Shown piece after piece: positions 1 to 8,184 of a DNA stretch of 28,396 bases (position 1 is the first letter of the stretch; each line of letters begins with the position of its first letter). Under the pieces are notes generated by a model that saw only the letters and a list, made by a program, of their open reading frames with translations, was not told where the DNA came from and searched no databases. The translations under genes were made by a program, and so were the position numbers. Source of the DNA: an uncultured archaeon (lineage in GTDB: Archaea > Asgardarchaeota > Lokiarchaeia > Sigyniarchaeales > SOKP01); the NCBI GenBank assembly GCA_964388035.1, contig CAYLZE010000067.1:1-28396 (forward strand), read 5' to 3'.

Positions 1-254
1 ATGATGAATCCACATCTGTGATGAGAAGTACTCAATATGGATAAAAGTGCCCCAGCCCATTCTTAGCAATAATATAACTCAATTTAAAGAGATTTTAACT
101 ATTTACAATCATTTCATTTTATTAAGATCTTATTAAGAAGAAAGTAAGAATTTGAATATTAAAATTGATCAGGAACATATTTAGTAATGACTTTCTCTTT
201 TAACTTTTAACTTGAAGCATTTTAGAGAAAACATTAATAGGACGGTATTGTAAA

Positions 255-722
255 TTATTCGGTTGATTCAAGAGAATATGTCCCCTTTAAGTCTTCATAT
301 AATTCTTCCTTGTTTTTTCTGAAAAGGGTAAAGATCTCCTCAAGTTCTTCTTTAAAAGTGACAATTTCACCCTTATTTAAAACCAATGTCGTAATTATTT
401 TCTTAGCGCAAAATTCTTTAAACACATTCTCCATATCGTAGATATAAACTCGGGTTTCTCTAAAAAAGTCTAATAAATGGTGTAAATAATAAGCTTTGAT
501 ATATAAATTTTCGTTACAGAATTTTTTCTCCAGATCTTTTTTGTAGAAATATTTTAATTGTCTTAAGAGGGTACTATCTTCTTCTTGATAATAATTCTCC
601 TCGGAAGAATCGTGGATTCCACAGTGCGCACCATAATCAATAAATCTATTCACCACATCTGACACAACCAAATCAATATCTGCTTTTAGAGCCCATTTTT
701 GGTGAATTATCCAATTTGGAAT
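255..722 (-). CDS. Hypothetical helical protein, ~155 aa, probable non-canonical ATT start (ORF track starts at TTG 671)
   Basis: The frame is open upstream of 671 and reads (I)PNWIIHQKWALKADIDLVVSDVVNRFIDY. SD-like AAGGGGA lies 8 nt upstream of ATT at 722. Later HD and YYLHHLLD motifs suggest metal binding. Confidence 0.55.
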   Translation of the reverse strand: MPNWIIHQKWALKADIDLVVSDVVNRFIDYGAHCGIHDSSEENYYQEEDSTLLRQLKYFYKKDLEKKFCNENLYIKAYYLHHLLDFFRETRVYIYDMENVFKEFCAKKIITTLVLNKGEIVTFKEELEEIFTLFRKNKEELYEDLKGTYSLESTE

Positions 723-813
723 GGCATATTTCCCCTTACGATTATATAAAAATATAGTATAGAAGGTTGATTGTTAAAACTTTCATATTCATGAAATGAA
801 ATAAACTTTCATA

Positions 814-850
814 TCATTGGATGATAAAAGTCATTAGATGATAAAAGTCA
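814..850. repeat. 17-bp tandem direct repeat (TCATT[G/A]GATGATAAAAG x2 plus TCA)
   Basis: Copies at 814-830 and 831-847 with one mismatch, in the divergent intergenic region upstream of aIF2-alpha. Confidence 0.8.
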
Positions 851-921
851 AAAGAGGTTCATCATTATTCTAAATTATTCTAAATAAAAGAAACATGTAG
901 AAAGATTTATAGGAGAAAATC

Positions 922-1737
922 ATGGTACGCTCAAGAACAAAATTTCCTTCTGAGGGAGAATTTATAGTAGGTAAAGTGCGCGAGATTCAGGATCAGCATG
1001 TCTACATAGATTTGATTGATTATGAAGGCTTGGATCATGAAGAAACTGCGAAAGGGATGGTCCATATTTCGGAAATAAGTTCTCGTTGGGTGAAAAACAT
1101 TAGAAATTACATGAGAGAAGGGCAGAGGATAGTGTTAAGGGTATTACGAGTGGATCCTGTAAAAGGACACGTGGATTTATCTTATAGGAGAACTAATTCT
1201 GCTCAGAGAGAGAATCGGATGAAAGAGTGGAAATATGCCATAAAATACGAGAATCTATTACAATTCTTGGCGGAAGCAACAAAGATTTCTTTAGATGAGG
1301 CGTACGATCTCATTGGATGGCCCGTTTTAGATATGTTCATTTCTTATCAAGAAGCCATTGAAGAATTAAAGGAAAATGGTGAAGAGATATTTAAAAACTT
1401 AAAGGTGCCGAAAGAACTTGAACAAGAATTTTTAAAAATAGTTGATGAAAACGTAAGTATTTCCACGGTAAGTATAAAAGGAAAGGCAAAAATAATTGTT
1501 CGAACCGGGGATGGTGTAGATAAGATAAAAAAGGCTCTCATAGATGCAATGAAAGTAATTGATAATCCAAAATCCACTCGTAATTTAAGTATCACTTATT
1601 TGGGAGCTCCGTTTTATAAGATCGAGATTATATCAAAAGATTATTTGGATGCCGAAAACATACTTTCTGAGATATTAGAAAAAGTGGAACCCCAGATTAA
1701 AGTAGCTGGAGGGACTTTTGAGTTTATCCGAGATTAA
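922..1737 (+). CDS. eif2a: Translation initiation factor aIF2 alpha subunit
   Basis: S1 domain FPSEGEFIVGKV...GMVHISEISSRWVKNIR...VLRVDPVKGHVDLSYRR; C-terminal YLGAPFYKI; SD GGAG; adjacent to nop10. Confidence 0.97.
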   Translation: MVRSRTKFPSEGEFIVGKVREIQDQHVYIDLIDYEGLDHEETAKGMVHISEISSRWVKNIRNYMREGQRIVLRVLRVDPVKGHVDLSYRRTNSAQRENRMKEWKYAIKYENLLQFLAEATKISLDEAYDLIGWPVLDMFISYQEAIEELKENGEEIFKNLKVPKELEQEFLKIVDENVSISTVSIKGKAKIIVRTGDGVDKIKKALIDAMKVIDNPKSTRNLSITYLGAPFYKIEIISKDYLDAENILSEILEKVEPQIKVAGGTFEFIRD

Positions 1738-1771
1738 CTCTTTACGTAATAAAAGAGGATTTTAAAACGCC

Positions 1772-1981
1772 ATGGTTAAATACCTTCAGAAATGCATCAA
1801 TTGTCAGGAATACAAGTTATATAATCCTGAACTAAAATGCAAAAAGTGTGGGGCGGATTTGATCAATCCTCGACCGGCTAAATTCTCCTTGATCGATAAA
1901 TACGGAAAGCATCGACTCTTATATTTTAAGGAGAAGTATTCTTATTTAACACAACAAAAAAGAACAGATAAGGATGCTTGA
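1772..1981 (+). CDS. nop10: H/ACA RNP protein Nop10
   Basis: CxxC...CxxCG zinc ribbon followed by PRPAKFSLIDKYGKHR; conserved position after aIF2-alpha. Confidence 0.93.
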   Translation: MVKYLQKCINCQEYKLYNPELKCKKCGADLINPRPAKFSLIDKYGKHRLLYFKEKYSYLTQQKRTDKDA

Positions 1982-2003
1982 TTTCTATTTCTTACATCGA
2001 CCC

Positions 2004-2720
2004 TTATTCCATGGAAATGGGGTCAGCAAATTTTTCTACTATTAAGATTTTAGCGTTCTTCATTGGTAAAAACCCGATATCTTCTTTTTCAAATGGTCCA
2101 TAATATAATAAATCAATGCCCATTAAAGCGGGGGTTTTCTTTAAAAATCTTATTAAAACATACTCGTTGTCCGTGTCTTGGTCAGTCTCTAAAGATGGTG
2201 CCATCACGTATGGAGGTTCATCATGCTTGGAATGTGGAGATTGAGGCATTTGTTCTGGGACGATTTCATTTATTTCTTTTATTTGACTTTCACTTTCGGC
2301 AACTTGTTCAATTTCTTGAACTTTATCAGAAAGAGCAATCTTTTTAAAGGTATCATCCAGGAGAGAAAGTGTCAAGACCTTTTCATATCCCTTTATGGAG
2401 CTGACAACATTCTGATAGAGCAACCTTTCAGATTCTAGGAGCTTATTTATCTCAATGGTTTTTAAGGAAAGAGAAGCATTTAGGATTTTTTCTTTTCTCA
2501 ACTTTAATAAATCATTAAAAAGAAACTCGAAATTCTCCTTTATGGTCATGAAAATTTGATGCTTTATATCATCCTCCTCTTTAAACGGATATTTTTGGAG
2601 GTAGAGGTAGCTTTCTTTATAATTATCAAATTCTTCTTTGCTAATTGCTCTGAGAGTCTCATTTTGAAATTCTGTTAACCACGTAATATAAAGCTCGGAA
2701 TATATCTTTTTAATATTCAT
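2004..2720 (-). CDS. gins15: GINS complex subunit Gins15 (Gins51)
   Basis: Helical A-domain (LLKLRKEKIL, LLESERLLY), a low-complexity linker, and a C-terminal B-domain LIRFLKKTPALMGIDLLYYGPFEKEDIGFLPMKNAKIL; directly downstream of priS. Confidence 0.9.
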   Translation of the reverse strand: MNIKKIYSELYITWLTEFQNETLRAISKEEFDNYKESYLYLQKYPFKEEDDIKHQIFMTIKENFEFLFNDLLKLRKEKILNASLSLKTIEINKLLESERLLYQNVVSSIKGYEKVLTLSLLDDTFKKIALSDKVQEIEQVAESESQIKEINEIVPEQMPQSPHSKHDEPPYVMAPSLETDQDTDNEYVLIRFLKKTPALMGIDLLYYGPFEKEDIGFLPMKNAKILIVEKFADPISME

Positions 2721-2819
2721 AAAAAACCCTTAGTATGCATAATCTCATTTAAATTCAAGCGCATAGAGAGATGAAAGATAATTTATTAGCATATAATGTA
2801 ATAGCATCTAAAAAATAAA

Positions 2820-4097
2820 CTAAATGGTTGTAGCTAGTTCTTTACAAAGAAAAAAAATTGCTAGATGATTGGGTAATTCCACGATATCTCCTTTTGAATA
2901 GGGCCCAAACACTTTCCCTTTTATTTTAGAGATGGGTACTTGAGGAGCTAGAATTTTTAACTTTTGCATGGTTTTACTTTCGAATACCACGGGATCAATT
3001 TTTTTATCGGGTTCATTTAGGGGATTAAAACTATCCAGCTGTTCCAAGGTTAATTCTTGGACTTTAAAGCCCGTTTTGCCATGTAAAGAACCGGGATATC
3101 GAATCAATCTATGGATATCTATTGATACAGGTTCGTCGATTTCTACACCAACTTCTCTTACAATCGCGGCAAGTAAAGTTTTCCAGCGTGTAAGTTGGAA
3201 ACCTTCTATCGCCCAAATATTAAGATCATCCTTAGATATAACCGTTAATAAATCTTCTTTAGATTTTATAAAAGCATCCGCGGTACTTGTTGGAAAACCA
3301 GCACCTCTCTTATCCGTCAAAAATTCTCTGATCTCATTGGATGACTTATTTAATAATTCTATCACATAATTGAGAATCTTTTGAGACCATCCTAAATTAG
3401 ATTGGGATAAACCATAAATAACGCCTGTCTTTTCATTAAGTCCTAATAACTCGAAAGAAATATTTTCTCCCGTTAAATAATCCACGATTTCTCTTCTTTT
3501 TTCACTTGATAAAAGCCTCACTTTATCATTTAACAGCTTGACATGATATCCCCTATGTCCCGAGAAAGCTAGCTTAATTTCTGATTCATCATACCCAAAA
3601 TCGGGGAGGAGAAAATTATCCACGACCTTCAAGACTTCTCTTTTTGCTGCTCTAAGGCAGTCATCACAGATCCAATTTAAAGTCTCAAATTTCACTTTTC
3701 CACATTGAGGACATTGAGCAGGCATTCCTTTACCGCTCTTTCCACACTCTTTACAATACCAGATATCATGATTTTCCTTACAAGGAGTAAAGAAGTGATC
3801 CACATCGATATCAATCAAGAAATCGCAACCTTCGTATCCTTTTTTTTCCATGTCTTGGTTTTCAGGATATTTATATAAGGAGCCACTGGTATAAACGTGC
3901 CGTGGTCCTTTTTCTATTAAAAAATTCTTAAGAAGAGCATCGGATTCAAATCCTACGTGTCGAATCATCATCGATTCTTCCCAAGGGATGAACCCAAATT
4001 CTCTTTTTTCCAAAGAATTAATGAGGGGAATTTCTTGCCTTCTTTCTTGATAATAGACCTTGAAAAGCCTTTGCAAGAACAAGTTATTCTTATTCAC
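2820..4097 (-). CDS. priS: DNA primase catalytic (small) subunit PriS with Zn-ribbon insertion and C-terminal GINS-B-like domain
   Basis: REFGF, catalytic DIDVD, FSGHRGYH, IDEPVSIDIHRLIRYPGSLHGKTG. Start placed at GTG 4097, overlapping the priL stop with GGAGG upstream, rather than 4154. Confidence 0.96.
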   Translation of the reverse strand: MNKNNLFLQRLFKVYYQERRQEIPLINSLEKREFGFIPWEESMMIRHVGFESDALLKNFLIEKGPRHVYTSGSLYKYPENQDMEKKGYEGCDFLIDIDVDHFFTPCKENHDIWYCKECGKSGKGMPAQCPQCGKVKFETLNWICDDCLRAAKREVLKVVDNFLLPDFGYDESEIKLAFSGHRGYHVKLLNDKVRLLSSEKRREIVDYLTGENISFELLGLNEKTGVIYGLSQSNLGWSQKILNYVIELLNKSSNEIREFLTDKRGAGFPTSTADAFIKSKEDLLTVISKDDLNIWAIEGFQLTRWKTLLAAIVREVGVEIDEPVSIDIHRLIRYPGSLHGKTGFKVQELTLEQLDSFNPLNEPDKKIDPVVFESKTMQKLKILAPQVPISKIKGKVFGPYSKGDIVELPNHLAIFFLCKELATTI

Positions 4098-5277
4098 CTT
4101 TCTTCTCCTCCTGAATTTTGGATTTTTTGGTCCGATATTTTTTAATCTGTACATAAAAGAGAGGGTGTCGTATCTTTCTCTGCTCTTTATATGTTTTTGA
4201 ATAATAGCCGTCCAAGCAGATTTCGTCCTTATATTGAGTCGCCATGCACAAATTAAACGATTTTAGGGTGGCACAGGAATGGGGGGTATACTTTTTTTTC
4301 TTGGCAAACTGGATTTGATATAGTGCTATTTCCCTATCAAAATCGGGGGATTTAGAAAAAAGATCTAAGAGGAAATCTTCTGGATATTCAAATGCATTTA
4401 AAAAGAAAACCAAGTACAATCTTTCGGTATGGATTAAATTCTGTCCCTCTTCCATCTTTTTTAAGATTTCTCTTATACAGGGAGGAAAGAGATGGAAAAG
4501 ATTCAAATCTTTATCAAATTTAATTTCTGAAATGAAATTTGAATCCTCTTTTCTTAATTCCCATCTATTGGAAATCTCATTAAAGAGTTCTTTAAATCCT
4601 TCCACATTAAAAGCTTTATCTTTAAAATTTTGCAAATTTTCTCCATTCCTTTTAGCTTGTCCTAATATTTTTTGCCGTACATGCTCTTGTAATAATCGTG
4701 CTAATTGTTTTTCTCTGATATATACAAAACCTTCAGAAAGGGCATTGTTTACCAATTTTCTGGTGTTATCTTTTAAATGGATAGCTAAGTCTAAGTAATC
4801 CAGAAAATGTATTCTGAAATGAGTAGTTACCATTTCTACTTGGCTTTTAGTTGCATTTTTTTTAAACACCCATGGCTCAGAATTATACTGAAGGTTGATG
4901 TTTAAATCTTGACAGATACTATATAAATTGTAATCATTTTCATTGAACAAGAGATCGTAATTAATTTTGGAATATAAATTGGCGACCCGATTTGAAATTA
5001 CTTTATCATCAAGGCTATATAGCATGATTTTCAAGATTAAATATAAATAGACGTTAATTTCATCAGTTTTATAATACTCAACAGCTTCATTGTTAGCAAA
5101 AGCATTTTCTATTATGGAAAGAACTCTTCGATATATTTCTTCCCCTAAATTCTTGGAAAAAATCGATGAAATAAATTCTATAGGATTTAAATTCTCGAAT
5201 TCTGGATAATACATCTCTAAAGAAGGTAACCAAGGATAACGATAGATTAAATCTCTTTCTATTTCCAAGGCGTACAT
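4090..5277 (-). CDS. priL: DNA primase large subunit PriL (Fe-S)
   Basis: RYPWL N-terminus, KLVNNALSEGFVY, Fe-S cysteines FPPCI...YTPHSCATLKSFNLC...DEIC, HPLFY; overlaps priS. Confidence 0.94.
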   Translation of the reverse strand: MYALEIERDLIYRYPWLPSLEMYYPEFENLNPIEFISSIFSKNLGEEIYRRVLSIIENAFANNEAVEYYKTDEINVYLYLILKIMLYSLDDKVISNRVANLYSKINYDLLFNENDYNLYSICQDLNINLQYNSEPWVFKKNATKSQVEMVTTHFRIHFLDYLDLAIHLKDNTRKLVNNALSEGFVYIREKQLARLLQEHVRQKILGQAKRNGENLQNFKDKAFNVEGFKELFNEISNRWELRKEDSNFISEIKFDKDLNLFHLFPPCIREILKKMEEGQNLIHTERLYLVFFLNAFEYPEDFLLDLFSKSPDFDREIALYQIQFAKKKKYTPHSCATLKSFNLCMATQYKDEICLDGYYSKTYKEQRKIRHPLFYVQIKKYRTKKSKIQEEKKGE

Positions 5278-5378
5278 TCACCTTCATTTAAAATGACCCA
5301 TGTTAATAAGAGGTTAAAATAGGTATATTAAAAAGTATAGACCATGCAAAATTTCTGATGATAGGATGGGTATTGCAT

Positions 5379-6182
5379 TTAAAACTCATCCATATCCTCA
5401 TCTTCTTCAAATTCGGCTTCTTCTACCCGGGGCGCGAGGAAATAACTCAATTCGCCTCCTTCGAGGAGGTTAAAGATCATTTTCAAGGGATGATCGGTCT
5501 TTAAGGAAATTTCTAATTTCTCCGTAATGGATCCCAAATTTAAGATTGCCTTCAGAAAGGTTAAGGAATAAGCTCCCGTGCAATTCTCGGTAATATCGGT
5601 TTCAATTAAATCATTTAAACTCAGGTTATATTCCATCTCCCCTATTTGTCCCGAAGAACTGAATAACAGACCCTCATCCTTTATAGTCTTGATATTGATG
5701 ATCTCTGAATAAATTTCTGCATCTTTAATCGCTTCTACTAAGAATTCGGAATCAATTACCCATTTGGAGGGATATTCAATTTTAAATAAATTTTCCATCG
5801 GTAATTCTTCCATGTCAATATCCAATATGGCTAAACTAAAAGTTCGCGTCCGGGAAGCATCCTCTCGTTGCATCTTGATCATGATCTTTTGTTCCTTTTC
5901 CTTGAAATTCAATTCAATGGTATCATTGGTTGCGCTCCGCTTTAAAATCTTGTTTAAATCATCTAAATTCAGGCCAACTTTCGATTCACCACTACACTTA
6001 TACTCATCAAAATTTTCTTTCTTGATCGAGAGTTTTAACAAGCAGATCCGACTGGGATCCATGGCGGAAATGGAAAATTCTTCCGGCGTAACCAAGAATT
6101 CCGTCTCATCAATAATGCTTGCTAAGGTATCTATTATTACTTTAAGGATTTTACTATTTTCTAACTTTATCGTAAATGAAAT
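5379..6182 (-). CDS. pcn: DNA polymerase sliding clamp PCNA, 267 aa with probable ATT start
   Basis: AMDPSRICLLKL, VGLNLDDLNKILKR, YSLTFLK, LSYFLAPRVEE. The frame extends 29 codons above the ORF-track TTG to ATT 6182 (ISFTIKLENSKILKVIIDTLASIIDETEF), restoring strand 1 and helix 1; SD GAAGGTG 7 nt upstream. Confidence 0.96.
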   Translation of the reverse strand: MSFTIKLENSKILKVIIDTLASIIDETEFLVTPEEFSISAMDPSRICLLKLSIKKENFDEYKCSGESKVGLNLDDLNKILKRSATNDTIELNFKEKEQKIMIKMQREDASRTRTFSLAILDIDMEELPMENLFKIEYPSKWVIDSEFLVEAIKDAEIYSEIINIKTIKDEGLLFSSSGQIGEMEYNLSLNDLIETDITENCTGAYSLTFLKAILNLGSITEKLEISLKTDHPLKMIFNLLEGGELSYFLAPRVEEAEFEEDEDMDEF

Positions 6183-6387
6183 TTATAAGCACCTTCTTTC
6201 ATACAAAATTTATTATAATAATATTGTGTTATTCGCACTGATTATAAAATTTAATATTAACCTTTTATTAAGCGTTTTTAATTAAATTTATCTTTGTTAT
6301 TTTACTTTTAAACTTAAAGTTTTAATAGTCATTGTAAATTTCTATTCTAAATTAGTTTATTCATTATATTTTCCCGGTGAATTAAAA

Positions 6388-6720
6388 ATGGAGACCCGCC
6401 ATGCCGTGCAAAGAATTATAAAAGATATCTCAAATGATGATCTTAAGATTCAAGTCACGGGATACGTAATAAGCAGATTAGAAGGAGATCTGGTCCTTTT
6501 AAAGGATAATACAGGGGAAATTAAAATAAATATTAGTGAAGTTGATTTTCCATTCAAGAAAGAGGATTTAATCAATATTATTGGGGAACTAAACATGTCA
6601 ATGTCAGGGGAAAAATACATTCAAGCTAAGATCGTTCAAGACGTGAAAAATTTGAATTTTCCTTACTATGAAAAACTATATTATCTTAAAAAAGAACTAG
6701 AACAATCTCATCGCGAATAA
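6388..6720 (+). CDS. Small OB-fold protein, RPA14/RPA3-like replication protein A subunit
   Basis: RHAVQRIIKDISNDDLKIQVTGYV...LKDNTGEI...INIIGEL...IQAKIVQDV plus a C-terminal helix resembles Thermococcales RPA14 as recalled; SD GGTGA; divergent from PCNA. Confidence 0.75.
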   Translation: METRHAVQRIIKDISNDDLKIQVTGYVISRLEGDLVLLKDNTGEIKINISEVDFPFKKEDLINIIGELNMSMSGEKYIQAKIVQDVKNLNFPYYEKLYYLKKELEQSHRE

Positions 6721-6881
6721 GATCCTACTATTTGAATTTTGGAAAGGAAAGGATGAGTAAAAGAAATATCATTATAAATCAAGTTAAGTTCATTAAACTC
6801 ACTTTTTTAAGAAGGAAATACCAAATTATTTTTGATCTAAATAATTTATTGAATTAATAATATTTAATTTAAGTTATTACC

Positions 6882-7220
6882 ATGCCTCAATTTTGTCCAG
6901 AATGCTCCAATCTACTGCGTAGGCAATTAATTGATAATAAACCTTTTTTGGTATGTAGATGTGGCTATAAAATAGAAGACGAAAATGCTGAAACAAGACT
7001 CGAGCGTAAAGTCAAGAAAAAAAAAGAAGCTCTGAAGAAAAATCTTATTATTGTAACTGAAGAAGATAAAATTTCTGTTAACCCAATAATAATTAAAACC
7101 TGTCCAAAATGCGGGAATGAAGAAGCAGAAACGTGGCAAGAACAAACCAGAAGTGCCGATGAACCCAGTACTCACTTCTTCAGATGTTTAAAATGCAGAC
7201 ATACGTGGCGAGAATATTAA
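6882..7220 (+). CDS. tfs: Transcription factor S (TFS/RpoM)
   Basis: N-terminal FCPECSNLL...CRCGY; C-terminal CPKCG...QTRSADEPSTHFFRCLKCRHTWREY with the intact acidic DE hairpin. Confidence 0.97.
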   Translation: MPQFCPECSNLLRRQLIDNKPFLVCRCGYKIEDENAETRLERKVKKKKEALKKNLIIVTEEDKISVNPIIIKTCPKCGNEEAETWQEQTRSADEPSTHFFRCLKCRHTWREY

Positions 7221-7274
7221 AAAAAGAGACTGTCACTAACCCATGCATTTAATAGGAAGAAAGAAAACGAAAAT

Positions 7275-7481
7275 TTACGTTAAAACTTCTAAAATTTTTG
7301 TTAGAATTCGCGCTTTTCCCCCCGTGGATTGTAACAGAGTCTTTTTACAAACGTTACATTCAACATCGGTTGCGGAACATCCAAAAATTATCTGCTGATT
7401 ACCACAATTTAAACATTTAACTCGTAGGAATCGACTTTTGGGTTGTGGAATTAATTCCCTTAACTTTTTCTTATTAGCCAT
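7275..7481 (-). CDS. rps27e: 30S ribosomal protein S27e (eS27)
   Basis: [24 protein letters not shown]...CNVC...TGGKA; ATG 7481 with SD AGGTGA. Confidence 0.97.
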   Translation of the reverse strand: MANKKKLRELIPQPKSRFLRVKCLNCGNQQIIFGCSATDVECNVCKKTLLQSTGGKARILTKILEVLT

Positions 7482-7500
7482 TATTTTCACCTATTTAAAT

Positions 7501-7782
7501 TTAAACTTCATGTAATTCTACTTTTTTAACACGATAGGACTTTGCGTAATGCTTCTTGTTGCATTCAGTACACTCTAATACAGGTACCGTTCTTTTATTG
7601 ATCTTGGCATTTTTATGAAAAATCTCTTTCGGAAAAGACCCATATCCTCTTTTCTTTCTTTCTAAGCGCCTCCTACCGTGATTGAGCATTCTCTCCTTTC
7701 CTTTTTTGTACAGCGAAACGTTATGGAGCGTGTGCTTTCTGCAATAGGGACAGTAGCGTCGAATTGTTTTGGGATACTTCAT
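7501..7782 (-). CDS. rpl44e: 50S ribosomal protein L44e (eL42)
   Basis: MKYPKTIRRYCPYCRKHTLH...YKKGKER...KKRGYGSFPK...LECTECNKKH. Confidence 0.97.
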   Translation of the reverse strand: MKYPKTIRRYCPYCRKHTLHNVSLYKKGKERMLNHGRRRLERKKRGYGSFPKEIFHKNAKINKRTVPVLECTECNKKHYAKSYRVKKVELHEV

Positions 7783-8062
7783 TTAAATCAACTGCTATAT
7801 ATTTAATAATAAATAATAAAATGGGATATCTAAAATATTTTTTCTATTGCATTGAAGTTGTTTTTATATCAAGAAATTTTGTTTTCAATATTTATTCATA
7901 CATGGAGTTTTATTTTATTAGAATAATAAATTTTTATGGATAATATCTAATTTTGGATATGTCCTTCTTTTATTTTCCCCGATTAATATTTAGTTTCTAT
8001 TAGATCGATAATTTCAATTTTTCGTGGAAAAACTCAAGAATTTCCCTTGGATATTACTGATT

Positions 8063-8098
8063 CGAGACCTTATGAATGAACGAGACCTTATGAATGAA
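8063..8098. repeat. Perfect 18-bp tandem direct repeat CGAGACCTTATGAATGAA x2
   Basis: Identical copies at 8063-8080 and 8081-8098, about 87 bp upstream of pyrB. Confidence 0.9.
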
Positions 8099-8184
8099 AT
8101 TCATGTTAAAGAGAAATCATGAAGAATAAAAAATAATTTATACGTGATAAGATTTAATTTAATAAAGAAAAGAGGAGACCGTGG

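Noticed and set aside
1-60. Minus-strand frame MGWGTFIHIEYFSSQMWIHH running off the window edge
   Set aside because: Only 20 codons visible, with no SD and no recognisable motif.
1054-1110. Ser at the eIF2-alpha S51-equivalent position (ISEISSRW)
   Set aside because: Common in archaeal aIF2-alpha; not evidence of eukaryote-type regulation on its own.
4098-4154. Basic N-terminal extension of PriS (MYRLKNIGPKNPKFRRRRK), resembling an NLS
   Set aside because: An artefact of overlap with the priL 3' end; GTG 4097 with an SD is the better start.
5764-6285. 173-aa plus-strand ORF
   Set aside because: Antisense shadow of PCNA. The same applies to the other short antisense or alternate-frame ORFs inside aIF2a, gins15, priS/L, pyrB, rpoA and the ABC genes.
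8063-8098. CRISPR array or insertion-element target-site duplication
   Set aside because: Only two abutting copies, with no spacer, intervening element, transposase or cas gene.
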